Origin: Candidatus Nanohaloarchaea archaeon | Lineage (GTDB): Archaea; Nanohalarchaeota; Nanosalinia; Nanosalinales; Nanosalinaceae | Assembly (NCBI GenBank): GCA_041640075.1 | Contig: JBEQAY010000012.1 | Coordinates: 1-17,290 of the forward strand | Direction: 5' to 3' | Length of the DNA stretch: 17,290 nucleotides | Shown here: positions 1-7,553 of the stretch, in pieces | Layout of the letters: each line of letters opens with the position of its first letter | Position numbering within the stretch: the first letter of the stretch is position 1 | Translations under genes and position numbers: made by a program | The notes under the pieces: model-generated | What the model saw: the letters and a program-made list of their open reading frames with translations, nothing else | Database searches by the model: none | Told to the model about the DNA's origin: nothing

Positions 1-72
1 AGGAGAAAAGTGCGGCGGTCAAGCCGGGTAAAGTGCTCGGTTCCATGCAGAGCTAACCTCGGCGTGTCTATT
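1..72 (+). ncRNA. possible 3' end of archaeal SRP (7S) RNA, truncated by window edge
   Basis: GC-rich non-coding stretch ending in a T-run. GGAGAA...CCATGC...GCTAACCTCGGCGTGTC resembles the 3' part of euryarchaeal SRP RNAs as I recall them. The diagnostic helix 8 motif is not in the window. Confidence 0.35.
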
Positions 73-98
73 TCAGGTTTTACACAGAGAAAAATTCC

Positions 99-120
99 TT
101 TGTTACAAAAAAGTAATAAA
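99..120. promoter_or_regulatory. imperfect 8-6-8 palindrome TTTGTTAC-N6-GTAATAAA, candidate operator
   Basis: Inverted repeat ending 22 nt before ATG 143; near-identical copy at 11414-11435. Confidence 0.45.
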
Positions 121-142
121 ATTTTATCCATGTTTCCTCTCT

Positions 143-388
143 ATGTCGGATCTGGAGATCGACTTTGATCCTGAATCCTACAACTCCATGCAGGAATATG
201 CATCCACGATCTTTGAATCTGATGAGTTAGTGGATCCACTGATAAACAGATTAGCAAAAGGTCTGATGGCAGGCGTACATGAAAGCTCTTCAGAAGAGAT
301 ATTCGACAAGCACACAACTGTCAGGTGCGGGGAAGATAAAGCTCTCCACTACGAAGATGAAACCGGAAGATGGAGAGACTTCACGTGA
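143..388 (+). CDS. hypothetical acidic protein (81 aa)
   Basis: ATG-started ORF with acidic composition like its neighbours and an AT-rich upstream region; no motif recognised. Confidence 0.7.
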   Translation: MSDLEIDFDPESYNSMQEYASTIFESDELVDPLINRLAKGLMAGVHESSSEEIFDKHTTVRCGEDKALHYEDETGRWRDFT

Positions 389-409
389 AAAAAGTTGGAT
401 GAAAAATTG

Positions 410-434
410 TTGCTGGAATTTTTTCTCCCAGCAA
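410..434. terminator. inverted repeat TTGCTGG/CCAGCAA between convergent genes
   Basis: 7-bp arms at 410-416 and 428-434 with T/A tracts nearby, between stops at 388 and 451. Confidence 0.35.
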
Positions 435-450
435 GCAGGTTTTTGAGATT

Positions 451-702
451 CTAGCCGTAGTGTTCCTCCAAGTACTCTACGATGTCATCGCTTTCCGGCA
501 TCACTGTGTCTGTGTTGGGATCCTTCAGTACAGGTACGCCTGTCTGGCCTGAGACTTCCTCAACACGTTTTCTGTCTCCGTTAGGTTCGACCTGTCGGGC
601 GATAAAGTCTATCTGTAGCTCTGTGAGTTTCTGTCTTACTTTTTTGCAGAAAGGGCATCCTTCGAACTGGTAAACTTCCAGCATCTCTTCAGGTTCTGTC
701 AT
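451..702 (-). CDS. glutaredoxin-like / GST N-terminal domain protein
   Basis: CPFC active site, VPVL cis-Pro motif, ESDDIVEYL end. Confidence 0.9.
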   Translation of the reverse strand: MTEPEEMLEVYQFEGCPFCKKVRQKLTELQIDFIARQVEPNGDRKRVEEVSGQTGVPVLKDPNTDTVMPESDDIVEYLEEHYG

Positions 703-745
703 TTTTGAATCACAGTAAGAAAATTTGATGTGAAGGTTTTGTACC

Positions 746-1189
746 TTAAGATTTCAGCTTGGTAACTGCTTTCTGCAGTAGTTCTTTCTGGTTGTCGTAT
801 GTTAGAAGGGATTCAACGTCCTCCAGTTTCATGAAGAAGCCGTTCACATGTTCATCATGCGGGTTCTGAGTGGTGTCTGCAAAGGCATCGTCTGAGATCT
901 TGGCGAGGAAGCCCTGGTATTCTCTTTTGATTTCCTCGCCCTCTTCTTCATCCTCGTAAGTCCATTCCAGAACTGTGTCTAGCTCCTCCAAATGCTCTAT
1001 TTCTTCTTCAGGGATGCCCGCTTCCTCTCTTAGCTCCAGTTTCGCTGTATGGTTGTAGTCGTCTTGCTCGAGGTGACCTTTTGGGAGTTCCCAGCCTTCC
1101 CAGTTTTTGGTTCTCTGGAGCACGAGGAATCTTTTCTTCCCTCGTTTCTCTTTGTAGGCTACTATGGCCACTCCTTTTTCAGTTCTCAT
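746..1189 (-). CDS. Nudix hydrolase (Ap4A-hydrolase-like)
   Basis: WELPKGHLE...ELREEAG Nudix box, with the usual Arg before EL replaced by Leu. Confidence 0.88.
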   Translation of the reverse strand: MRTEKGVAIVAYKEKRGKKRFLVLQRTKNWEGWELPKGHLEQDDYNHTAKLELREEAGIPEEEIEHLEELDTVLEWTYEDEEEGEEIKREYQGFLAKISDDAFADTTQNPHDEHVNGFFMKLEDVESLLTYDNQKELLQKAVTKLKS

Positions 1190-1310
1190 AGATTTTTCTT
1201 TGCCACCTGATTTTTTAATCTTCTGCGTGCTTCCGTATCCATTGATGACTCAAGAAAAGACGAATAGTTTTTATAATTCCCTGTCGTATTTACCATTGTC
1301 AGGTGTCAAA

Positions 1311-1937
1311 ATGATAGGCCGATTGAGGAAAATTCTGTCTAACTTCTTCCAGGGGGCAGACGAAGATATCTCTATAGGTATCTATGGGCCGCCTAACGCC
1401 GGTAAGTCAACTCTTTCCAACCAGATCTCCATGGATTTGACAGGAGAGGAGATGAGCGATGTCTCTGAGGTGCCTCACGAGACGCGTGCCGTCGAAAAGA
1501 AGGAGAAGGTTTCTATAGAGGCAGAGGATGGCCGTTCAATAGATATTAACCTTCTTGACATGCCAGGTATCACGACAAATGTTGATTTCAAGGATTTCAA
1601 GGAACATGGCATGGAAGAAGATGATGCAAAAGGACGTGCAAAGGAGGCGACCAAAGGAATCGTTGAAGCAGTCAAGTACCTAGACGACGTAGATGCCTGT
1701 CTTGTAATATTTGACTCTACAGAGGATCCTTACACACAGGTAAACGTAACGATAATCGGAAACCTGGAGGCAAAGGATATCCCGATTCTAGTCCTGGCGA
1801 ACAAGACGGACTTGGAGGATGCGGATCCGGAGAGAGTACGTGATGCGTTCCCTCAGCACCCTGTACTGGAGATTTCTGCCAAGGAAGGAGAAAACATCGA
1901 CAAACTTTATGAGGAAATAATTGAAAGGTTAAGTTAG
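1311..1937 (+). CDS. oapA: small GTPase OapA/ArvA
   Basis: G1 GPPNAGKS, G2 PHETR, G3 DMPG, G4 NKTD, G5 SAK; AKEATKGIVEA segment; amphipathic N-terminus MIGRLRKILSNFF. ATG 1311 follows AGGTG. Followed by DUF2073- and DUF2072-like genes. Confidence 0.88.
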   Translation: MIGRLRKILSNFFQGADEDISIGIYGPPNAGKSTLSNQISMDLTGEEMSDVSEVPHETRAVEKKEKVSIEAEDGRSIDINLLDMPGITTNVDFKDFKEHGMEEDDAKGRAKEATKGIVEAVKYLDDVDACLVIFDSTEDPYTQVNVTIIGNLEAKDIPILVLANKTDLEDADPERVRDAFPQHPVLEISAKEGENIDKLYEEIIERLS

Positions 1938-2336
1938 ATGGGAGAAGAAGGTTCAAGCGGTGTTACGATAGAATTTCTTTCGAAGACCAAGCTCCAGGAT
2001 AAGTCTTTCGAGGAGAAAGTAGATTCCATAATCGGCAAAGTTAAGGATGATGCTGTTCTCGTACTTGAAGAAGGCTGGAGCCCGGAAGAGGAAAGACATC
2101 TAATCGAGAACGCTATGGAGGAGATAGACGAGGACTTCCCGGGAATCGAGTTCCTGGGACTGACAGACCGTAACTCCCGTATCCACAGAGCGAAGAGGAT
2201 GTTCTACGAGAAAGTTATGAACGAGAAATACAGGGAAGGCATTACAATCGTTGGGAACTCCCGTGTCATGGAGCGTGTTAAGAAGGAACGTGACGCAGTG
2301 TCATTCCTCGCAAAACTTGAGGAAGAAGAGGAGTAA
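1938..2336 (+). CDS. oapB: OapB/ArvB (DUF2073 family)
   Basis: VLVLEEGWSPEEE, FPGIE and GITIVG motifs; abuts the oapA stop. Confidence 0.85.
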   Translation: MGEEGSSGVTIEFLSKTKLQDKSFEEKVDSIIGKVKDDAVLVLEEGWSPEEERHLIENAMEEIDEDFPGIEFLGLTDRNSRIHRAKRMFYEKVMNEKYREGITIVGNSRVMERVKKERDAVSFLAKLEEEEE

Positions 2337-2398
2337 CCCACTAAAAAGTCCGCCTACATTTAACTAGTAGAGGAGTTTTCAGAGGTGCAAAAAATTTA

Positions 2399-2788
2399 AT
2401 GCCGCATAGATGCATGAACTGTGGAAAAGTGTACGAAGACGAATCCGATGAACTTATCGACGGATGTGACTGCGGCAGCTCACTTTTCATGTACGAGCAG
2501 GATGCTGAACCGGGTAGCTCCGAGGAAGACCTGCAGGAGGAGAAACAGAAAGTAGAATCTGACATTCAGGATATGATGATGGAGGGTGAAGAGGAAAGAG
2601 AGCATATACAGATAGAATTCGATCTTGACTCGATCCAGGTACACGGCGAAGGTGTCTACGAACTCAATATTTCCCGGCTCCTGAACGAGATGCCTCTGAT
2701 AATCTCCAAGGATGAAGGAATATACCATGTACACTTGCCTTCAGCATTCACGGGCGACAAGAAAGAAGTAGGCTTAGAAGACCTTTGA
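2399..2788 (+). CDS. oapC: OapC/ArvC Zn-ribbon protein (DUF2072 family)
   Basis: MPHRCMNCG...GCDCGS..F N-terminus, GVYELNI and EGIYHV C-terminal motifs; GAGGTG SD upstream. Confidence 0.85.
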   Translation: MPHRCMNCGKVYEDESDELIDGCDCGSSLFMYEQDAEPGSSEEDLQEEKQKVESDIQDMMMEGEEEREHIQIEFDLDSIQVHGEGVYELNISRLLNEMPLIISKDEGIYHVHLPSAFTGDKKEVGLEDL

Positions 2789-2935
2789 GAAATTTTTCAA
2801 GAGTATACTTTCCCCCAGTTCGTTCAGGAAAGGTTTTATAGTCAAGAGGAAACAATTCTATTTGTAAGAGGTTGATACACTTTGATTGAAACAAAAGATA
2901 AAGATGGAAAGGAGGATATATTCGGTCTCCCAAAG

Positions 2936-3166
2936 ATGAGCGTTGATTTGGAAATCGCAATATCGTACGTACTGTTCGTACTGGGAGTTCTGATGGTACT
3001 CTCCGCCGTATACCCTGTTAGATCTCTGCTGCCTATGAATGTAATATACACTGGTGTACTGATGCTGGCAGTGGCCTACCTCTTTGCAATGGAGGCAATT
3101 AGAGAGCTTGAGGAAGAAGATCACTTCCTATCACGCAGGCTGATGAAGAAACGATCAGACGAGTAA
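2936..3166 (+). CDS. small two-TM membrane protein
   Basis: Two hydrophobic stretches and a charged tail. ATG 2936 preferred over TTG 2882, but the start is uncertain. Confidence 0.7.
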   Translation: MSVDLEIAISYVLFVLGVLMVLSAVYPVRSLLPMNVIYTGVLMLAVAYLFAMEAIRELEEEDHFLSRRLMKKRSDE

Positions 3167-3212
3167 TCACTAAAGGGGTAAAAATAAAACTTTTCACCTC
3201 CTTTTATTCTCT

Positions 3213-3500
3213 ATGGCAAGTGAACAAGTCGATCTAAATTTCAGCTTCTCAAACGAGGAACTGGCAAACTTTCTCGAGAACTTCTCCGAAAAACTTAGAG
3301 ACGGCGAAATAGGACTCAGCTTCAAAGGCAGAGAAGAACTCAGAATCGAACCAAACACGGAGAATCATATCGAACTCGAGTTCGTCGAAGGAGACGACTC
3401 AAAACAGATGGAGCTGGAGATCAACCTTGCACAGGAAGACTTCGACTTCGAAGATGACGAAGGAAGAAAGAAGATCAGCGTAATGGTGGAAGAAGAGTAG
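3213..3500 (+). CDS. amphi-Trp domain-like protein
   Basis: SNEELANFLENFSEKLRDGEI amphipathic helix followed by acidic alternating beta strands (IELEFVE, MELEINL). Confidence 0.65.
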   Translation: MASEQVDLNFSFSNEELANFLENFSEKLRDGEIGLSFKGREELRIEPNTENHIELEFVEGDDSKQMELEINLAQEDFDFEDDEGRKKISVMVEEE

Positions 3501-3560
3501 AAAAACAAACCTTTCCTTCATTAACTAAATTTTTACCAATCTTCCAGCTAACCTTTTATC

Positions 3561-4004
3561 TTACTCTGTAAAGCTTCTCAGAATCTCTATAAGCTCCTGG
3601 TTCTGCTCTATAATAGTATCCAGCTTGTCTTCTACACCGGAAAGATCTGCTTCAACACTCTCTCCTCCCTCTTTGTTGCTGGAGTTCTTGTCCTTGAACG
3701 GGTTTCCAGAAGAATCTTCAGAGGAAGTCTCCTTCGAGTTCCCTTTTTGACCGCTACTGCCGGAGTTTGAGGACTTCTTTTCACGCTTAGGATTTTTCTG
3801 CAAACCGTCTTCCTCAAGGACCTCGATAGGTGTGTTGTCTCCTTTTTCCTCGTCAGGCTCGGTCTCTGAAGCCGCCTTCTTCAGTGTATCAAAGTTTCCG
3901 CTTCCAGAGCCTCCTGAAGCCTTGGAGGATGATTTTGAGCTTCCTGAACTGTTGTCTGCTGCCTGTTTCTTCACGTTTTCCTTGACGTTGTCGTAGTAGC
4001 CCAT
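3561..4004 (-). CDS. hypothetical low-complexity protein with C-terminal coiled coil
   Basis: S/G/K/E-rich disordered body ending LSGVEDKLDTIIEQNQELIEILRSF; GTGAT SD-like upstream. Confidence 0.8.
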   Translation of the reverse strand: MGYYDNVKENVKKQAADNSSGSSKSSSKASGGSGSGNFDTLKKAASETEPDEEKGDNTPIEVLEEDGLQKNPKREKKSSNSGSSGQKGNSKETSSEDSSGNPFKDKNSSNKEGGESVEADLSGVEDKLDTIIEQNQELIEILRSFTE

Positions 4005-4024
4005 TTTACTGTATCACTTTTCAG

Positions 4025-4372
4025 TTAAAGTTTCGAGAGAACCTTGTCAAGTTTCTCGATTATCTTCTGGTTTTGCTTCTTTATAGCCTTCATATCGGAA
4101 TCCGGACTGCCTGAAGCAGCTGCACCGGTCTTGGATGTTGAACTGGTGGATGAGGTTTCCGTACTGTCTACTGAGTCAAGGTTGCTTACCTCGTTCCTGA
4201 GATTTGACTCGCTGTCTCTATCTTTATCTGCGGAGGTGTCTTCCCCTCCAAAGTCTACAGTACCTACTTCTGGAGAGACATCATCTTTTTTCTCGTTTTC
4301 AGTTTCCTCTTCCTCGGAGACACCGATGGTCACCTCCTCACGTTCCTCATCTTCACTTCCAAATAATCCCAT
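4025..4372 (-). CDS. hypothetical acidic disordered protein with C-terminal coiled coil (115 aa)
   Basis: Start reassigned to ATG 4372 (MGLFGSEDEE) because the longer ORF overlaps the opposite-strand gene; ends IKKQNQKIIEKLDKVLSKL. Confidence 0.8.
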   Translation of the reverse strand: MGLFGSEDEEREEVTIGVSEEEETENEKKDDVSPEVGTVDFGGEDTSADKDRDSESNLRNEVSNLDSVDSTETSSTSSTSKTGAAASGSPDSDMKAIKKQNQKIIEKLDKVLSKL

Positions 4373-4425
4373 CAATAGACAGTTGAAAAAACTCAAATAA
4401 AAACCTTCGCAACCAGACAGTGAAC

Positions 4426-4938
4426 ATGAAGGTAGAGATAAAACCAACTCAGGACTCTGAAAAACTTGTTGAGAACCTGGAGAAACGCGTAGAATCAGCA
4501 GAGACAAGGGAAGGACAGGTAACTGTAGAGATAGTTGAGGAGAAACTGGAGTTGCTGGAGAGAACACCAGGGATTCAAAGCTTCACAGTCGAAGGAGAGA
4601 AGACTTCAGGACTCAAAGGCCGACCGGTCCAGGAAGAAGCATACACTTATCTTGAGAGTCGTGAAGATTTTGCAGAAGCAGTACTGGCAACCATACAAGG
4701 GTACGATCTCAGAGTGCTTCAAACGGACCGTGAATGGGATCTAAGACTTCTAAGAAGGTTCAACCCCGATATCAAGCACCTGAAACATGATGAACCCCCA
4801 GAGTTTCTGGACGTAGATAAGACACTGGATGAAGAAGACAGTGAAAGAGAATACGTTGGCCACAAGGTATCAGAGGAAGAAGTAGAGCTCGTATGTAAGT
4901 TTGCGATGCCTGAATCAGGGGATGAATCCCAGGGTTAA
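4426..4938 (+). CDS. hypothetical protein
   Basis: Acidic ORF with typical codon style; ATG 4426 or GTG 4420; no family recognised. Confidence 0.75.
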   Translation: MKVEIKPTQDSEKLVENLEKRVESAETREGQVTVEIVEEKLELLERTPGIQSFTVEGEKTSGLKGRPVQEEAYTYLESREDFAEAVLATIQGYDLRVLQTDREWDLRLLRRFNPDIKHLKHDEPPEFLDVDKTLDEEDSEREYVGHKVSEEEVELVCKFAMPESGDESQG

Positions 4939-4972
4939 AAGCTTTAAACTGCTGGACAAATGTAGGATAACT

Positions 4973-5281
4973 ATGGAGAAGGATGTAGATTTTGATCGCG
5001 TGGAATACGCAACTAACCGGGAACTTGAGAACGATGAAGGAGAGAAAACCGGACATATCAAAATGTTTTCATACGACAACGAACTGTTTTTCTACGAACT
5101 GACATGCCCTTACTGCGAGAATCAGTTCGAGGATGAAGGAGAACTTGGTTCACGTCCATGGTGGATCGAATGCCCTGAATGCGGACGCTCAACAAACGTC
5201 TTCAGGATCAAAGACGCCCATGAAAGAAAAGTGAAGGACAGGGGCGCAGACGCGGAAGATGCACCAGACGTAGACGTTTAA
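4973..5281 (+). CDS. Zn-ribbon protein (CPYC...CPECG)
   Basis: Two CxxC knuckles; ATG 4973 avoids overlap with the previous gene; 3 nt from the IPK start. Confidence 0.78.
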   Translation: MEKDVDFDRVEYATNRELENDEGEKTGHIKMFSYDNELFFYELTCPYCENQFEDEGELGSRPWWIECPECGRSTNVFRIKDAHERKVKDRGADAEDAPDVDV

Positions 5282-5284
5282 AGC

Positions 5285-5992
5285 ATGGAATACGTCCTGA
5301 AGATCGGAGGCAGCATCCTCACAGACAAGGAACATGAGAAAACCCTGTCGCAGGACTTTGAAGAAGTTCTTGAGAAACTTGAAGGCCACGGAAACGGAGT
5401 TCTGGTCCATGGAGCCGGATCATACGGCCATCCACAGGCAGAGAGGAACGGACTCAAAGAGGGCTCATACGAAGGCTTTCTGGAGGTTCACAGAGCCGTC
5501 AGCGAACTAAACACAGAAATACTTGAGAAACTTTCTGATCTAGGTCTGAAACCTGTACCTATCCACACATCCTCGATAGCTTACAGAAGCCCTGAGACAC
5601 AGCTCCACATTGAGAAACTTCAGGGAATCCTTGAAGAAGGATTTACACCGGTTCTCCACGGCGACATAGTACCACATGAAGGCAAAGGCTTCACGATAAT
5701 ATCCGGAGACGAGATAGTCGCCAAGATAGAGAAAAAATACGATACAGGAAAAGCAGGTTTCTGCACATCGGAGAAAGGAGTACTCGACGACGAGGGCAAT
5801 GTCATCGACGAGATCAACTCTATGGAAGACTTTGAAGACCATGGGGTAGATGCTGACGACGTTACAGGCGGCATGAAGGGAAAAGTGAAGCACTTGCTGG
5901 ATGAAAAAGTTGAGGCGAGGATATTCGGAGAAGATAGACTTGAAGAATTCTTTAAAGGTGAAGAACCAGGCACTCTTGTCAGAAGTGAGTAA
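5285..5992 (+). CDS. ipk: isopentenyl phosphate kinase (amino acid kinase superfamily)
   Basis: LKIGGSILTDK, VHGAGSYGH with the IPK-specific His, PVLHGD, ISGD, DVTGGM. Confidence 0.88.
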   Translation: MEYVLKIGGSILTDKEHEKTLSQDFEEVLEKLEGHGNGVLVHGAGSYGHPQAERNGLKEGSYEGFLEVHRAVSELNTEILEKLSDLGLKPVPIHTSSIAYRSPETQLHIEKLQGILEEGFTPVLHGDIVPHEGKGFTIISGDEIVAKIEKKYDTGKAGFCTSEKGVLDDEGNVIDEINSMEDFEDHGVDADDVTGGMKGKVKHLLDEKVEARIFGEDRLEEFFKGEEPGTLVRSE

Positions 5993-5999
5993 ATTTTTC

Positions 6000-6461
6000 T
6001 TAATTTGAATTATTCAGGTAAAGTGTTTTTTCGGAAATATTGCTTTCGATATCTCCAGAGAGTTCTGGTATGATACTGATTTTCTTGGTATCGGGTTCTA
6101 TAGACATGTTAAGGTTGTACTTCGACCTCCAGTCACCTGAGACACATGCTGGGAGAGGCATGAGGTCAGGTCTCTCAATAATAACCTTAACTGCTGTAGT
6201 TTTGTTTTTTTCCTTGGTTCTGGACGTGTAACTGTATTTGGCGCCAGTGGTGTTGATAATCCCTGTGACAGAGACTTCTATGATATCACTTTTATCTGAA
6301 ATTTTCGTGATGTTGGCTGACGAACTATTTACTGAGCTGCAGAAAGTTGTCGCATGAAAACCTGTGATCTTTGGAGGTATAGAAAAAAACGTAGCCAGAA
6401 CCACGGGAAAAATTATCAGGACGAATGAAGAAACCGCTTTCAACTTCTTCGGAGAACTCAT
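6000..6461 (-). CDS. putative secreted or membrane-anchored glycoprotein
   Basis: KKLK plus hydrophobic N-terminal segment, S/T/N-rich body, two Cys, 7 N-x-S/T sequons. Confidence 0.7.
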   Translation of the reverse strand: MSSPKKLKAVSSFVLIIFPVVLATFFSIPPKITGFHATTFCSSVNSSSANITKISDKSDIIEVSVTGIINTTGAKYSYTSRTKEKNKTTAVKVIIERPDLMPLPACVSGDWRSKYNLNMSIEPDTKKISIIPELSGDIESNISEKTLYLNNSN

Positions 6462-6533
6462 GTAAGTAAGTTGGAGAGTTCCTGAAATAAAAACCTGTCT
6501 GGTTGGAAAAATCTGCTGAACCTGCTTATGAAA

Positions 6534-7514
6534 TTACTTGAGAATCTTTTTCTGAGGCAAATACTTTTTCTCCTCGTTCAGCCAGTTTGAAACCTTCTCG
6601 TAAAGTTCCTCTCCGAATTTCTCCAGTTTATCTATGTCTGAAACAGTAACTCCGGTTCCCTTTGATTTGGAGAGTGGTTTACCATATTTGTCTGAGATCA
6701 TAGGGCCGAGGAAGTAAGCCGGGTTTTCACCTGTCGCCAGCTCTGTGATTTTCGCAACTTTCGTCACTTTAGGTGTTTTCTGCTCCTTCTTCGCGTCCCT
6801 GTAGTCCCCTCCAAAGACATGTACAGCAGCATCTCTGGAAGGGTCACGTACAGGATCAACCAGGTAGTAAACACCTATTTCCTCATCAAGGCCTCCGTGC
6901 ATAAAACCGGATCCGCATTCTTCGTTCCTGCAGGAGGCCACAAGTTCATCAGTATCGGAGGAGTAATCACAGCCTTTGGCATGTGAAAATCCGCATTCAC
7001 TGCAGAAAGTTGTTACAGGACTTCTGTACCTTCTTCTGAAACCTCCACCGAATATCTCATCGAAGTCTGTAATGTTTTGCATAACCTTTCTAAGCGCCTC
7101 CACGTACTCTTTTTCACCAGTCAGGTCAGTAAGCCGTCTAACATCTAAGTCGTCTTCCATGGAGTTCCTGAGTCCGTCAAGGAAAGGCTGGATCGCATCA
7201 ATCCTGTGCTCCGGCAAGTTCTTGTGAGGATCACATGAACAGTCCCTGTTGTAGAAAAGTTTCATCACATCATTGTTCTCCGGCCGGTTCTGCTCATGCA
7301 CCGGTGCACTCCAGTCGGTATCACAGCAGAAAAGATCAAGCTCTAATCCAAGCTTGTCTGCGATAACTGCAGCATAAGCTATACTCAGAAGATTCCCAAC
7401 ATGCAGCTCACCGGACGGCCTGAAACCTACAGAAACCCTGCTACCGTCTAGTTCTCTGTTTTCGAGTTCTGTGAACTCTGATGTTATAATGTAATTTTCC
7501 GGAAAGTCACTCAC
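6534..7514 (-). CDS. class Ib aminoacyl-tRNA synthetase (LysRS1-like) catalytic-domain-only protein
   Basis: HIGH-like GFRPSGELHVGN, KMSKS-like PLSKSKG, Zn motifs CSCDPH...H and CSECG...CRNEECG; stops about 40 aa after KMSKS; GTG start. Confidence 0.8.
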   Translation of the reverse strand: MSDFPENYIITSEFTELENRELDGSRVSVGFRPSGELHVGNLLSIAYAAVIADKLGLELDLFCCDTDWSAPVHEQNRPENNDVMKLFYNRDCSCDPHKNLPEHRIDAIQPFLDGLRNSMEDDLDVRRLTDLTGEKEYVEALRKVMQNITDFDEIFGGGFRRRYRSPVTTFCSECGFSHAKGCDYSSDTDELVASCRNEECGSGFMHGGLDEEIGVYYLVDPVRDPSRDAAVHVFGGDYRDAKKEQKTPKVTKVAKITELATGENPAYFLGPMISDKYGKPLSKSKGTGVTVSDIDKLEKFGEELYEKVSNWLNEEKKYLPQKKILK

Positions 7515-7553
7515 ATCTGTAATCGGTGCTTAAAAAATATATAAAATGTGTAG

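Noticed and set aside
703..713. TTTTGAATCAC shared between the glutaredoxin upstream region and about 14736-14746 upstream of the reductase unit
   Set aside because: One AT-rich 11-mer match is plausible by chance, and here it doubles as the SD-like GTGAT on the minus strand
1164..1310. N-terminal extension of the GTPase in the ORF track
   Set aside because: It overlaps the divergent Nudix start and the AT-rich promoter region; an SD-like AGGTG precedes ATG 1311
6534..7514. Annotation as a normal TyrRS/TrpRS or a functional full LysRS
   Set aside because: KMSKS lies about 40 aa from the end, leaving no anticodon domain; Zn motifs and spacing match LysRS1 rather than class Ic enzymes
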